A stretch of 64,000 nt of DNA from an uncultured Pseudomonadota bacterium (GCA_963847705.1 CAWKBC010000014.1:32001-96000); one strand, 5' to 3'. Shown: positions 41,334 to 53,218, counted from the first letter of the stretch. The notes: generated by a model from the letters alone, not told the origin. Made by a program: numbers and translations.

Positions 41334-42539
41334 TCAGGCCTTGGTCCCCACCCGGATCTGGCAGACCTCGAGGTAGCGCGCCGCGGGCCAGTTGACCGGC
41401 GTCGGGTAGTCGGGCGGCAGGCCGCCGAGCTCGAGGAGCTGGGCGTCGCGCTTGGCCAGGGCCAGCCCGGCGTCGACATGTTTGAGGACGCTGGGGCCCC
41501 GGCGGGTGTTGGACGAGATCCAGAGGTGGCCGCCCTCCTCGGGGACGAGGGCGCAGGCGGCGGCGATGAGCTCGGGGTAGTCGCGCTTTTGCGCCCAGAG
41601 CGAGGCCCGCGCGCCCGACACCGTCGGCGGATCGAGGATGACGACGTCGTAGCTCGCGCGGCGATCCTGCTCGGCCTCCAGAAAGCGGAAGACGTCGGAG
41701 ACCTCCCAGCGGTGCGGGGTCGGGTCCAATCCGGAGAGCGCGAAGTTGGCGCGCGCCCAGGCGAGGGGGCCGGCGGCCAGATCGACGCTGGTGATCTGGG
41801 CGGCGCCGGCGCGCGCGGCGGCGACGGACAGCGCCCCCGTGTACGCGAAGGTGTTGAGGACACGCTTGCCGCGGACGAAGCGGCCGAGGCCCGCGCGGTG
41901 CTCGCGCATGTCGGTGAAGAGCCCCACGTTGAGGCCGCCCCGCAGGTGGACCTCGTAGGGGACGCCCGACTCGTGGACGATCAGCTTGTCGGGCGGGGTC
42001 TCGCCGACGACGTCGTCCTTGGCGCGCTCGGGGCTGTTGCCGGTCCCCTTGAGGCGCGCTTTCAGGACCGCGCCGCGCAAGGGCAGCCCGGCGGCGGGGA
42101 ACATCTCCAGCGCGCACTGCGCCAGCAGGCGGGCGTGGCCGAGGAGCCCCCGCGACAGCGCGTTCACCACGGCGAAGGGGCCGTAGATGTCGACGGTCAG
42201 TCCCGAGAGGCCGTCGCCTTCCCCGTTGACCAGACGATAGGCCGACGCGCCGTCGCAGAGGCCCAGCGTGCGGCGATGTGCGAAGGCGGCGGCCAGCTTG
42301 CCGCGCAGAAAGGCGGCGTCGGGGGCGCGGCTGTCGTCGCCGTGAGACCAGACGCGCACCAGCTCGTTTTCGGGGTCGGCCACCCCGATGGCGCGCGTCG
42401 CTCCGCGCGCGTCGAGGAGGCGCACCGGGCGGCCCGGCTCGAGATCGCGGGACGAAACGTCGGAGAGCGCGAGCTGGGGCGGGCGCGCGGCGAGGCGCTC
42501 CTCACCCATCAGGGTGAGGCTGAGGCCGAGGAGCGGCAT
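41334..42539 (-). CDS. RlmI-like class I SAM-dependent rRNA methyltransferase
   Basis: YRLVNGEGDGLSGLTVDIYG, GLFTDMREHR, VLNTFAYTG, VILDPP. Confidence 0.88.
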   Translation of the reverse strand: MPLLGLSLTLMGEERLAARPPQLALSDVSSRDLEPGRPVRLLDARGATRAIGVADPENELVRVWSHGDDSRAPDAAFLRGKLAAAFAHRRTLGLCDGASAYRLVNGEGDGLSGLTVDIYGPFAVVNALSRGLLGHARLLAQCALEMFPAAGLPLRGAVLKARLKGTGNSPERAKDDVVGETPPDKLIVHESGVPYEVHLRGGLNVGLFTDMREHRAGLGRFVRGKRVLNTFAYTGALSVAAARAGAAQITSVDLAAGPLAWARANFALSGLDPTPHRWEVSDVFRFLEAEQDRRASYDVVILDPPTVSGARASLWAQKRDYPELIAAACALVPEEGGHLWISSNTRRGPSVLKHVDAGLALAKRDAQLLELGGLPPDYPTPVNWPAARYLEVCQIRVGTKA

Positions 42540-42578
42540 CAGGAGGGCGCGCGGCCAGAGCCTGGCCTCATCCCCGGG

Positions 42579-42890
42579 TCAGCCGGCGACGAGCTTCTTG
42601 AGCTCGCCGCGGGCGTGCAGGTCGCGCACGATGTCAGCGCCGCCGACCAGCTTGCCGTCGACGTAGAGCTGCGGGAAGGTCGGCCAGCTCGAATATTCCT
42701 TCAGCCCCTCACGCAGCTCCTGGTCGGCGAGGATGTTGAACGACTCGAACGGGGTCCCGATCTCCTTGAGCACGCCGACCACGGCGGCGGAGAAGCCACA
42801 CTGAGGCATGGCTGGGTTCCCCTTCATGAACAGCATCACACGTCCCTTGGCGATGGTGGCGGCAATGCGTTGCTTGAGCGGCTCGGTCAC
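42579..42890 (-). CDS. grxD: Monothiol glutaredoxin (Grx4)
   Basis: [24 protein letters not shown]. Confidence 0.96.
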   Translation of the reverse strand: MTEPLKQRIAATIAKGRVMLFMKGNPAMPQCGFSAAVVGVLKEIGTPFESFNILADQELREGLKEYSSWPTFPQLYVDGKLVGGADIVRDLHARGELKKLVAG

Positions 42891-42922
42891 GGGTGACTCC
42901 TTCTCGGCGGGTGGCGGGGTGG

Positions 42923-43174
42923 CTATTTGCGCCGATATTCTTCGGGGGTTTCGGTGGTCAACGCCAGGGCGTGAATCGGCGCGCGCGGGCCGTGGATGAC
43001 CTCGGCCAGCGCCGCGTAGACCAGGCGGTGCCGGTCGACCAGCCCCTTGTCGGCGAACGCCGACGAGACGACGGTGGCCGAAAAGTGGTCGCCGCCCCCG
43101 GTGGTGTCGACGATCCGCACCTCGGCGTCGGGGAGGGCCTTCTGGATGCGCGCGGTGATGTCCTCTGGCGTCAT
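42923..43174 (-). CDS. bolA: BolA-family protein
   Basis: [22 protein letters not shown]; directly upstream of grxD. Confidence 0.93.
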   Translation of the reverse strand: MTPEDITARIQKALPDAEVRIVDTTGGGDHFSATVVSSAFADKGLVDRHRLVYAALAEVIHGPRAPIHALALTTETPEEYRRK

Positions 43175-43222
43175 GGTCGGTTGCCCGGCCTATATAGCAT
43201 GCAGCGCTATAATGGCCGCTCG

Positions 43223-44932
43223 ATGACGTTGGGGACGCGCGTAACCGTGGTGGTGACGCTGCTGGTGGCAGCGGTGCTCGCCGGCTCGGGCTACGCCGCG
43301 CTCAAGGTCCGACGCGCCAACCTGGAGGCCGATCTCGATCGGGAGGCGCACGAGATCGCCACCGCCCTGCGCGCCGGCATCGAGCCGCTCGATCCGGGCA
43401 CGGCCGAAGAGATGTTGCTGGCGCGCGCCCGGGCGGCCCGCAAGCACGACGAGCTGTTCGGGCTGGAGCTGCTGTCGATCGGCAGCGACCAGCGCACCGA
43501 CGACGACGCCTGGCTCTTGCTCATGCGCGCGGCCGACATCCAGGACGCGCCGGTCGGCCGCCTGTTCGATTCCTCGTCGGGGCCGCGCTCGTACGCGATG
43601 GCGGTGCCGCTGTTCGACGCCGCCGCGCTGGAGCTGCCGCCGCGCCACCCGGCCCGCCACCCCACGGCGATCATGGGGATGCGGCGCGACGCCGGCTACA
43701 TCGACGCCGAGGTGGCGGCCACCGCGCGCCGGATCTACCCGCTCTTTCTGCTGGTGGTGATCGGCGTGGCGATCGGCGTTCGCTTCGCGATCGAGCAGAT
43801 CGTGGTGCGGCCGCTGCGGCGGCTGCTGGAAGGGATCGACGCCGTGGGCAAGGGGGATCTCTCGCGCGTCATCCTGGCCGAACGGGACGACGAGATCGGG
43901 ACGATCGCCGGACGGTTCAACGCCATGACCGGGTCGCTGCGGGAGGCGCGCGAGGAGACCGAACGGGTGGCGGGCGCCCGCCTCGGCCTGGAAGCGCGGC
44001 TGCGCCAGTCGGAGAAATTGGCGACCATCGGCCAGATGGCAGCAGAGATCGCGCACGAGCTGGGTACCCCCCTCAACGTCATCGGCGGCCGCGCGCGGGC
44101 GATGGCCAAACGCGCGGAGAAGGCAGCGCAGCGGGCGGCAGGCCTGCCGACCGAGAGCGGGGCCGTCGAGCTTCAGCCGGTCGCCGTCAAGGGGGCCGAC
44201 GCGGCCGACGTGGTCAAGAACGCCACCATCATCGGCGACGAGGTCGCGCGCATCACCAAGATCATCCGCCAGGTGCTCGACTTCTCGCGCCCGCGCGGAC
44301 CGACGGTCACCCGGGTGCACCTCGGCGCGGTGGTGGCCGAGGCGCTGGAGTTCCTGCGCGAGACGATCAACCGCCAGGGGATCGAGGTCGACGTCCAGAC
44401 GATGCCGGCGCCGCCGGAGGTCCCGGGCGATCCCGATCAGATCCAGCAGGTCTGCCTCAACCTGATCATGAACGCGATCCACGCCATGCCGGACGGCGGC
44501 AAGCTGCGGGTGGCGACGGAGCGGATGGTGCGGCGCAAAGGGGGGCTCGATCTGGCGCCCCCCGCCGAGTACGCCGCGCTGGTCGTCGCCGACAGCGGGC
44601 CCGGGATCCCGGCCGCCGATCGGGAGAAGATCTTCGAGCCGTTCTTCACCACCAAGGATGAGGGACAGGGGACCGGCCTCGGCCTGGCGGTGAGCCACGG
44701 AATCGTCAAGGACCACGACGGCTGGATCGAGGTCGACAGTCCGGCCACAGGCGGCGCCGAGTTCCGGGTCTACCTGCCGATCGACACGGGAACCCTGATT
44801 GGGTTCCCGCACCCTCCCGCGACGGACCACGCCGGGCAAAGCCCAGCTTCGTCCACGCGATCGACCTCGGCAGTTGACGAGTCCTTCCCTGGATCCGACC
44901 TTGCCGAAATGAGATCGATCGGCAAGGATTGA
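43223..44932 (+). CDS. HAMP-domain sensor histidine kinase
   Basis: Two TMs, HAMP (RDDEIG), [11 protein letters not shown]-box, [27 protein letters not shown]. Confidence 0.93.
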   Translation: MTLGTRVTVVVTLLVAAVLAGSGYAALKVRRANLEADLDREAHEIATALRAGIEPLDPGTAEEMLLARARAARKHDELFGLELLSIGSDQRTDDDAWLLLMRAADIQDAPVGRLFDSSSGPRSYAMAVPLFDAAALELPPRHPARHPTAIMGMRRDAGYIDAEVAATARRIYPLFLLVVIGVAIGVRFAIEQIVVRPLRRLLEGIDAVGKGDLSRVILAERDDEIGTIAGRFNAMTGSLREAREETERVAGARLGLEARLRQSEKLATIGQMAAEIAHELGTPLNVIGGRARAMAKRAEKAAQRAAGLPTESGAVELQPVAVKGADAADVVKNATIIGDEVARITKIIRQVLDFSRPRGPTVTRVHLGAVVAEALEFLRETINRQGIEVDVQTMPAPPEVPGDPDQIQQVCLNLIMNAIHAMPDGGKLRVATERMVRRKGGLDLAPPAEYAALVVADSGPGIPAADREKIFEPFFTTKDEGQGTGLGLAVSHGIVKDHDGWIEVDSPATGGAEFRVYLPIDTGTLIGFPHPPATDHAGQSPASSTRSTSAVDESFPGSDLAEMRSIGKD

Positions 44933-44951
44933 GGTGAACGCCGCGCACCGC

Positions 44952-46408
<1,457 letters not shown>

Positions 46409-46412
<4 letters not shown>

Positions 46413-47095
46413 GCGACGGGGCATCCCTGGTCAGCCTGGAGGCCCAAGCGGAGCCGGCGGAGGAGCTGCTGCGCGCGCCGGCCTCTGGCCAGTCCTGCGT
46501 TCACTGGCGCCTGCGCGTCGTCGAGCACCTGACGGCGCGGACCGAGCTGGTCCACGACCTCGCCTCGCCCGAGATCTTCGAATTGGCCTGGGGCGGCGCG
46601 CCCGACGGGGCAAGGGGACGTACGCCGGTCCGCATCCGCCTCGATCCCGAGACGGCGCGCATCGAGGCGACGCCGACGCTGCACCGGGCGGGGACCCCTG
46701 GCGCGGAGGCGGTGGCGCGCGCCTTCGGCTTCCGGGGCGCGGTCACCGTCGAGGAGGTGATCATCCGGGCCGGCGACACCGTCACCGCCGATGGTCTCTT
46801 GCAGGATCTCGCCTACGGCGCGGGTCCCTTCCGCGCGCCGAGCGGCGCGCTGGCGCTGTACGAGGCGACGGTGCGTCTGCCGTCGCGGGGCCTGGCGCCG
46901 GCGGCCCTCATCCCCTGGGCGTTCGGCACCGCGGCCGCACTCCTCGGCGGGATGGGGCTGGCGACCTGGGCGGCCTGGCGCTACCACCTGGCGCACCTGC
47001 CGCAGGCGACCGCCTGGCGCATGGGCTCGTTGCCGATGTCGTCCGCGCCGGCGCAGCTCTCCGCACCCGAGATCCCGCGCCCGCGATTTCCGTAG
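46409..47095 (+). CDS. Hypothetical membrane protein (GIDE-like beta domain)
   Basis: ATGA-coupled to the regulator; [28 protein letters not shown] and one C-terminal TM. Confidence 0.55.
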
Positions 47096-47186
47096 GGCGC
47101 CAGGCCGTCGGGCCCACGTTCTCGTTGGCGGCGCTCACCTTTGCCTCACTGCGAGGCCTTGCTGGCCTGGCTGGCGCCGGCGGAAC

Positions 47187-47825
47187 TTACCTGGCCGCAG
47201 GTCCCGTCGGCCCCGCGGGCGGCCGGCAGTCCCTGCTGTAGCGCGACGCCAGGGCGACCGCCTCGGGATCGCCCCGGACGAGCGACATGTACTCCTGGAA
47301 GGCCGCCCGGGCCTCGTCGCAGCGACCAGCCTCCGCCAGCGTGTGGGCGCGCCCGAAGACGGCCACCGATTGCCCCCACCGGTCGCCGGGGGCGAAATGC
47401 TGCTGAGCCGCGAGCAGCGCCACCAGCGCGCCGTTGGTCTCGCCCACCCGCGCCAGCGCCATCCCCTTGTCGTAGTAGGGCCAGGGATCCCTGGCGTCGG
47501 CGCGGATCGCCTGATCGGCCAGCTTCAGCGAGTCCTGGGGGTCGCCCTTCATCTCGGCCGTCGCGGCCCGACTGGCCAGCTCAGCCGAGGCAGGCGTTGA
47601 GGGCTCCGCATGGATGTTTTCGGGGGCCTTCAATTCCCCCGGCGCCACCGCGGGCGCGGTCATCGCCGCGGGCGCCGTGGACCCCGCGGGCGCCGCCGAT
47701 GCCCCGGGGGCCGTCGCCGCCGGGGGCGGCGCCGTCACTGCCGCCGGCCCCGTCGCCTCCTCCGCGCGTGCGGCACCTGTCACCACCAAAATCCCAAATG
47801 CCAGAGTCCCCATCAACAACCTCAT
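47187..47825 (-). CDS. Exported TPR-containing protein
   Basis: Signal peptide (ARA-E), Ala/Pro linker, TPR-like helices (PWPYYDKGMAL, FGRAHTLAEAGRCDEA). Confidence 0.65.
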   Translation of the reverse strand: MRLLMGTLAFGILVVTGAARAEEATGPAAVTAPPPAATAPGASAAPAGSTAPAAMTAPAVAPGELKAPENIHAEPSTPASAELASRAATAEMKGDPQDSLKLADQAIRADARDPWPYYDKGMALARVGETNGALVALLAAQQHFAPGDRWGQSVAVFGRAHTLAEAGRCDEARAAFQEYMSLVRGDPEAVALASRYSRDCRPPAGPTGPAAR

Positions 47826-47910
47826 GCCCGCCCTCCTCGTCGCCAACGTAAGCATTGCCGCCGGGGCCGGCGGCGGTGCTCACGGCTCAGCGGCGTCTCA
47901 CCGCCGGCGG

Positions 47911-48576
47911 TCACGATTTTGAGGCGGCGGGTGCGTCCGGCTGAGCGTCGGGGTGCGCTTTGGTGAACGCGGGCAGCGCGGCGCAAGCTGCCTCGACCAG
48001 CAGGAGCATCGGGAACGCCGAGAGATCGAGGTTGAATCGGCGCCCCGCGTAGAGCTGCGGGACGAGATAGAGATCCGCGATCGTCGGCGCTTCGCCGACC
48101 AGGAAAGTCCCGGCCGTCTCGCCGGCGACAGCCTCGATGGCGCCGAGGCCGCGCGCGATGTGGTGGCGCGCGAGCTCCCTCGGCTCGGCGAGACCGCTCT
48201 CCTGCAGGCGCTGCAAGAACGAGAGGTTCTGCATCGGTTGGATCCCGGCGTTCACCATCTCGCTCAGCTGGCGGGCACGCGCCCGGCGCCAGGGATCGGC
48301 CGGGAGCAAAGCAGGCGCAGGAAACCGCTCCTCGAGGTACTCGAGAATCGCCATCGACTGGGTGAGCGCGCGCGGCGGGCCGGGCGGCTCGTCGAGCACC
48401 AGCACCGGCACCTGGCACATCGGGTTGAGCGCGCGAAAGTCGGCGCTGTGCTGCGCACCGGCCCCCCCGGGGGGAGCGAGGTTGACCACCCGCCGCTCGA
48501 CGGTGATCTGCTTGATGTTGAGCGCGATCCTCACCCGCCAGGCGGAGCTCGAGCGCCAGTAGTCGTAGAAGATCAA
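47911..48576 (-). CDS. maiA: Maleylacetoacetate isomerase (GST zeta)
   Basis: YWRSSSAWRVRIAL, NPMCQVP, QSMAILEYLEE, GIQPMQNL, AHPDAQPD. Confidence 0.95.
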   Translation of the reverse strand: MIFYDYWRSSSAWRVRIALNIKQITVERRVVNLAPPGGAGAQHSADFRALNPMCQVPVLVLDEPPGPPRALTQSMAILEYLEERFPAPALLPADPWRRARARQLSEMVNAGIQPMQNLSFLQRLQESGLAEPRELARHHIARGLGAIEAVAGETAGTFLVGEAPTIADLYLVPQLYAGRRFNLDLSAFPMLLLVEAACAALPAFTKAHPDAQPDAPAASKS

Positions 48577-49565
48577 CCGCTCACCACCCGCGCGGCGATC
48601 CGCCCGAAGAGATCGCGCCCGCCGGCGTCGGACATCTCGATGGCGACGGCGTCCCCGGCGGCGAGGTACGGCGTCACCGGCGAGCCGCCGGAGATGGTCT
48701 CTCGGGCGCGCAGCTCGACGAGGCAGGAGACGCCGCGCGCCGGATCGGCGTTGGAGACGGTGCCGCTCCCCAGGATGGTTCCCGCGCAGAGGCTGCGGGT
48801 GTGCGCCAGGTGCGCGATGAGATCGAAGAATGAAAAGTGCATCTCGGCGCCAGCGTCCGGATCACCGACCAGGTGCGCGCCGCCGCCCGCCCGCTTGAGC
48901 GTGGTGCGGAGCCGCAGGTGGACCCGCCCGTCGCGCCAGGCGCCCCCCAGCTCGTCGGGCGTCACCGCGAACGGGGAGAAGGCGGTCGCCGGCTTGGACT
49001 GGAAGAACCCGAACCCCTTGGCCAGCTCGCCCGGGACCAGGTTCCGCAGCGTGACGTCGTTGGCCAGCATCAGGAGGCGCACCTGGGCGGCCGCCGCGGC
49101 GGTGGTCGTTCCGCGCGGAACGTCGCCCAGGATCACCGCCACCTCGCTCTCGAAGTCGAGCCCCCACTCGGCATCGGCCAGAGTCAGATCGTCGCGCGGG
49201 CCGAGCAGGACGCCCGAGCCGCCCTGGTAGACGAGCGGATCGATCTCCAGCGTCGGCGGTGGCGTGGCGCCGCGCGCCCGGCGGACCAGCCGGACGTGGT
49301 TCAGGAAGGCCGACCCGTCGATCCACTCGTAGGCACGCGGCAGGGGTGGACCGAGCCGCGTCTCGTCGAGGGGCTGGGCCTCCACGGTACCGGCGTCGAG
49401 CCGGACCGCCAGCGCCGCCAGCGCGGGTGCGGCGCGCGGCCAGTCGTCGAGCGCGGCCTGAAGCGTGGGCGCGATCTCCGCCGCCCGCGCGCAGCTCCGG
49501 CCGTCCCGCCCGACCACCAGCAGCGCACCATCACGCGTCCCATCGCGCAGCGTCGCCAGCCTCAC
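48573..49565 (-). CDS. Fumarylacetoacetate hydrolase family protein
   Basis: RLATLRDGTRDG, DGSAFLNH, YQGGS, DFESEV, NDVTLRN, FQSKP, GSGTVSN; coupled to maiA. Confidence 0.92.
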   Translation of the reverse strand: MRLATLRDGTRDGALLVVGRDGRSCARAAEIAPTLQAALDDWPRAAPALAALAVRLDAGTVEAQPLDETRLGPPLPRAYEWIDGSAFLNHVRLVRRARGATPPPTLEIDPLVYQGGSGVLLGPRDDLTLADAEWGLDFESEVAVILGDVPRGTTTAAAAAQVRLLMLANDVTLRNLVPGELAKGFGFFQSKPATAFSPFAVTPDELGGAWRDGRVHLRLRTTLKRAGGGAHLVGDPDAGAEMHFSFFDLIAHLAHTRSLCAGTILGSGTVSNADPARGVSCLVELRARETISGGSPVTPYLAAGDAVAIEMSDAGGRDLFGRIAARVVSG

Positions 49566-49592
49566 GCATCGAGTGTAGTAAGCTCCCGCGCG

Positions 49593-50708
49593 ATGGCCAA
49601 GGACCCCCCTGTCGATCCCGAAAAGCTGAAACAGGAGCTGGCCGAGCTGCGCACCAAGATCGACGGCGCCGACGACGCCATCTTGGCCCTGCTCAACCAA
49701 CGCGCCGAGCACGTCCGTCGCGTGGCCGACCTGAAGACCGCCATTTCGGTCCCGTTCTACGTCCCCTCGCGCGAGCGGCAGATCGCCGAGCGCCTGGCCG
49801 CGGCCAACCCCGGCCCCTTCCCCTCCGAGTCGATTCGCTCGGTGTTCCAGGAGATCTTCAGCGCCTGCCTGACCCTGGAGAAGCGCGTCCGCGTCGCCTA
49901 TCTCGGCCCCGAGGGGACCTTCTCGGACATCGCGGTCAAGAAGCAGTTCGGCCTCTCCGCGCGCTCGGTCCCCATGGGGACGATCCCCTCGGTGTTCGAG
50001 GAGGTCGAGCGCGGCAACGCCGACTACGGCGTCGTCCCGGTCGAGAACACGACCGAAGGGATGATCACCCACACCCTGGACACCTTCCTCGACAGCGACC
50101 TCAAGGTCTGCGCCGAGATCGCGCTGGAGGTGAACATGTGCCTGCTCACCCGGCCGGACGTGACCGTGGCGCAGATCGAGCGGGTCTATTCCATCCCCGT
50201 CGCGCTGGCGCAGGTGCGGCGCTGGCTGGGCGCCAACCTTCCGAACGCCACCCTGGTGGAGTCCCGCTCGACCGCCGAGGCCGCGCGCCTGGCGCGCGAC
50301 GACGCCCGCGGCGCCGCCATCGGCTCGGAGCTGGCGGCCAAGCTCAACGAGCTGGTGGTGCTGCGCCGCAAGATCGAAGACCTGGCCCACAACATGACGC
50401 GCTTCCTGGTGCTGGGCCGCGACCAGGCCGAGCCGACCGGGCGCGACAAGACCTCGCTGCTGCTGGTGACCCGCGACGAGCCGGGGATCCTCTACCGGGT
50501 GCTGGGGGCGTTCGCCGAGCGCGGGCTCAACATGACCAAGATCGAGAGCCGCCCCTCGCGCCGCCGCCCCTGGGAGTACGTCTTCTTCGTCGACATCGAC
50601 GGACACGAACGTGACGAGCCGGTCGCCACCGCCATCGCCGACGTCCGCAAGGCCTCGGAGACGGTCAAGGTGCTCGGGTCCTACCCGCGCGCCGACGCGC
50701 GCAGCTGA
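49593..50708 (+). CDS. pheA: Chorismate mutase / prephenate dehydratase (P-protein)
   Basis: N-terminal CM (LRTKID...RE), YLGPEGTFS, PVENTTEG, NMTRF, NMTKIESRP ACT domain. Confidence 0.96.
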   Translation: MAKDPPVDPEKLKQELAELRTKIDGADDAILALLNQRAEHVRRVADLKTAISVPFYVPSRERQIAERLAAANPGPFPSESIRSVFQEIFSACLTLEKRVRVAYLGPEGTFSDIAVKKQFGLSARSVPMGTIPSVFEEVERGNADYGVVPVENTTEGMITHTLDTFLDSDLKVCAEIALEVNMCLLTRPDVTVAQIERVYSIPVALAQVRRWLGANLPNATLVESRSTAEAARLARDDARGAAIGSELAAKLNELVVLRRKIEDLAHNMTRFLVLGRDQAEPTGRDKTSLLLVTRDEPGILYRVLGAFAERGLNMTKIESRPSRRRPWEYVFFVDIDGHERDEPVATAIADVRKASETVKVLGSYPRADARS

Positions 50709-50840
50709 TCCGCTCCACGCTCGCGCGAAGCTCGACGTCGAAGAGCGAAGGCCAGCCAAGCATTGCGGGCGCGTCGCGTCGCAACAACCGAAGTCCGCGC
50801 GCGTGCGCCGCTTAGCCACGAATCGCAGGGATTCCTGAAC

Positions 50841-50899
50841 GCTGTTGTGGATCTCACAACAGCTGATTTGCTCAAGGGGAATTTCCGCGCGGCCGATGA
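50841..50899 (+). promoter_or_regulatory. Palindromic operator-like site plus putative sigma28 promoter
   Basis: GCTGTTGTG-N5-CACAACAGC (50841-50863); TCAAG(50872)-N15-GCCGATGA(50892-50899). Confidence 0.6.
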
Positions 50900-50908
50900 A
50901 CCGTGCAG

Positions 50909-52225
50909 ATGCCGAAACAGATCCTCATCGTCGACGACGATCCCGCGCTCCGCGCGGAGCTCGCGCGGCTGGTGAGGTCGCTCGACGGCGAGCCGGTGAC
51001 CTGCGCCAGCGCGGCCGAGGCGATCGCGCGGCTCTGCGAAGGCGAGATCGACCTCTGCCTGGTGGACCTCGATCTGCCCGCCGCCGAAGGAACGGCCGTC
51101 GTCCTCAAGGCGCGGGCCTGCCGCCCGCCGATCGCGGCTCTCGCCCTCACGGCCCGCGGCGCGGGGGCCGTCGAGGCGTTGCGCGCCGGGGCGGCCGAGA
51201 TCGTCGCCAAGCCCTTCTCGCCCACCCGCCTCACGGCGCTCCTTCGCCGCCACACCGACGACGGGGCCGCACGACGCGCGTCCGGCGCCGGGGCGGTGAT
51301 TGGCGATCACCCTCGTGTTCGTGAGGCCCTGGAACGCGTCGACCAGATCGCCGCCACGGATCTCCCCATCCTCTTGCAGGGCGAGCCGGGGACCGGCAAG
51401 GAAACGATGGCACGCCTCATTCACCACGCGAGCGCCCACCGTGACGGACCGTTCGTGGCCGTCAATCTGGCGGCGGTGAACCTGGCGGCAATCCCGGAGG
51501 TGCTCGCCGGCCTCTCGGGCGAGCACGAGCGGCCCCGCTCCGGCTGGATGGCCGCCGCCCGGGGGGGGACCATCTTTCTGGAGGCGATCGAGGAGCTCCC
51601 GGCCGAGGCCCAGCGGAAGCTGGTGCGCGCGCTCCGGGAGGGGACCGTGACCTCCGCAGACGGCGTTTCCGTTCCGCTGGAGGCGCGCATCGTCGCCGCC
51701 ACCTGCGGCGACCTCGGCGAGCTGGTCGCCGCCGGCGGGTTCGACGCGGAGCTGCAGGCCCTGCTCGTTGCGGCCCGCATCGAGCTGCCGCCCCTGCGCG
51801 AGCGGCGCGAGGACATTCCGGCGCTGGCGGAGCACTTCCGCCGCCAGGTCAACGCGCGCGAGGGGCGCCGGGTCCCCGGGTTCGCGCTCGACGTGATGCA
51901 CCGGTTCTCCCAGCACGGCTGGCCGGGCAACGTCCGCGAGCTCGAGTACCTCTGCGAGCGGCTGGTGGTGATGGCCGGGACCCGGATGATCGTGATGAAG
52001 GACCTGCCGTCCTACCTGCGGATCCAGGTGATCGACTTCGAGCGGGCCACCCGCCGGCTGCCGGCGACCGGCGTCGATCTGCGCGAGCTCCTGACCGAGC
52101 TCGAGGAGCGCTTCATCGCCGAGGCGCTGGCGCGCACCGGCGGGAATCGAAACCGCGCCGCCGATCTGCTTGGATTGAATCGGACCACCCTGGTCGAAAA
52201 ACTTCGTCGCCGGTTCGTCGCCTAA
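50909..52225 (+). CDS. FleQ/FlrA-like enhancer-binding protein lacking GAFTGA (receiver + degenerate AAA+ + HTH)
   Basis: GEPGTGKE and WPGNVREL are present; ESELFGH/GAFTGA is absent and Walker B reads FLEAI. C-terminus LPATGVDL...AADLLGLNRTTLVEKLRR is FleQ-like. Confidence 0.8.
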   Translation: MPKQILIVDDDPALRAELARLVRSLDGEPVTCASAAEAIARLCEGEIDLCLVDLDLPAAEGTAVVLKARACRPPIAALALTARGAGAVEALRAGAAEIVAKPFSPTRLTALLRRHTDDGAARRASGAGAVIGDHPRVREALERVDQIAATDLPILLQGEPGTGKETMARLIHHASAHRDGPFVAVNLAAVNLAAIPEVLAGLSGEHERPRSGWMAAARGGTIFLEAIEELPAEAQRKLVRALREGTVTSADGVSVPLEARIVAATCGDLGELVAAGGFDAELQALLVAARIELPPLRERREDIPALAEHFRRQVNAREGRRVPGFALDVMHRFSQHGWPGNVRELEYLCERLVVMAGTRMIVMKDLPSYLRIQVIDFERATRRLPATGVDLRELLTELEERFIAEALARTGGNRNRAADLLGLNRTTLVEKLRRRFVA

Positions 52226-52309
52226 ACGAAGCCAAAAACACACATCTCCGTCGGTGAGCGCCACCCTCGCTCACCCGCTCCGGATGCCTTCACGTCGGGA
52301 TCCTGGAGA

Positions 52310-52437
52310 CCGTCACCGGGTTGACGGCGTCAACAACCTGGAACCGCCAATCCGTTGACGGTCGCCGCCGACCGTCGCTGCGAACTCGGCGCGGAATGCG
52401 GCGGAGAGGACGCCACGAACGTGGCACGCGGTGTGCT
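52310..52437 (+). promoter_or_regulatory. Two FleQ-type enhancer boxes plus sigma54 promoter upstream of fliA
   Basis: CCGTCA-N6-TGACGG (52310-52327), CCGCCA-N6-TGACGG (52344-52361), TGGCACGCGGTGTGCT (52422-52437). Confidence 0.6.
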
Positions 52438-52450
52438 CAAGCGGAGAGGC

Positions 52451-53218
52451 ATGCCCACGTCGACGAAGCGCAAGGTTGCCGCCAAGAGCTCCCCCAAGAA
52501 GTCCGCCAAGAAGGAGCTGGTCGCGCGCAGGAACGAGTACGCAGCGAAGTTCTTTCCTTACATCGAGAGGGTGGCGCGGCGGTTGGCGCGGCGCCTCCCC
52601 GCCCACGTCGAGATCGACGACCTCATCTCCTCCGGCGTCATCGGCCTGATGGAGGCCGCCGAGCGATTCGATCCGAGCCGCGTCGACCGCTTCGAGGCGT
52701 TCGCCGAGTTCCGGATCCGGGGCGCGATGCTCGACGACCTCCGGTCGCGCGACACGCTCTCGCGCGACATGCGCCGCCTGTCCAACGAGCTGCGCGACGC
52801 CACCCGCCGCCTCGAGGCGCAGCTGGGGCGCACGCCGGATCACGAGGAGATCGCCAAGCGCCTGGGTGTCGGCGTCGAGGAGCTCTATGCACGCCAGCAG
52901 AAGCTCTCCGGCTCCTCGGTGGTCGGCATCGACGACGCGGGCCCCGACCTCCTGGAGCGCACCGGTGACACCTCGGCCGACGATCCGTTCGAGCTCGCCT
53001 CGCGCCGCGAGATGCTGGACCGCCTGGTCTCCGGCATCGGCGGCCTGCCCGAAAAGATGCAGCAGGTGCTGTCGCTCTACTACTGCGACAACCTGAATCT
53101 CAAGGAGATCGGCTCGGTCCTGGGCGTCACCGAGTCGCGCGTCTGCCAGATTCACGGGGAGGCGACGCGCCGCCTGCGGGACTCGCTGGGCGAGCTGGCG
53201 GCCGAAGCCGCCGCCTAA
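52451..53218 (+). CDS. fliA: FliA/WhiG-family RNA polymerase sigma factor (sigma28)
   Basis: LPAHVEIDDLISSGVIGLMEA, RIRGAMLDDLR, LSLYY, LKEIGSVLGVTESRVCQIH. Confidence 0.93.
   Translation: MPTSTKRKVAAKSSPKKSAKKELVARRNEYAAKFFPYIERVARRLARRLPAHVEIDDLISSGVIGLMEAAERFDPSRVDRFEAFAEFRIRGAMLDDLRSRDTLSRDMRRLSNELRDATRRLEAQLGRTPDHEEIAKRLGVGVEELYARQQKLSGSSVVGIDDAGPDLLERTGDTSADDPFELASRREMLDRLVSGIGGLPEKMQQVLSLYYCDNLNLKEIGSVLGVTESRVCQIHGEATRRLRDSLGELAAEAAA

Noticed and set aside
42579-43174. bolA-grxD pairing as a novel system
   Set aside because: Established Fe-S trafficking gene pair.
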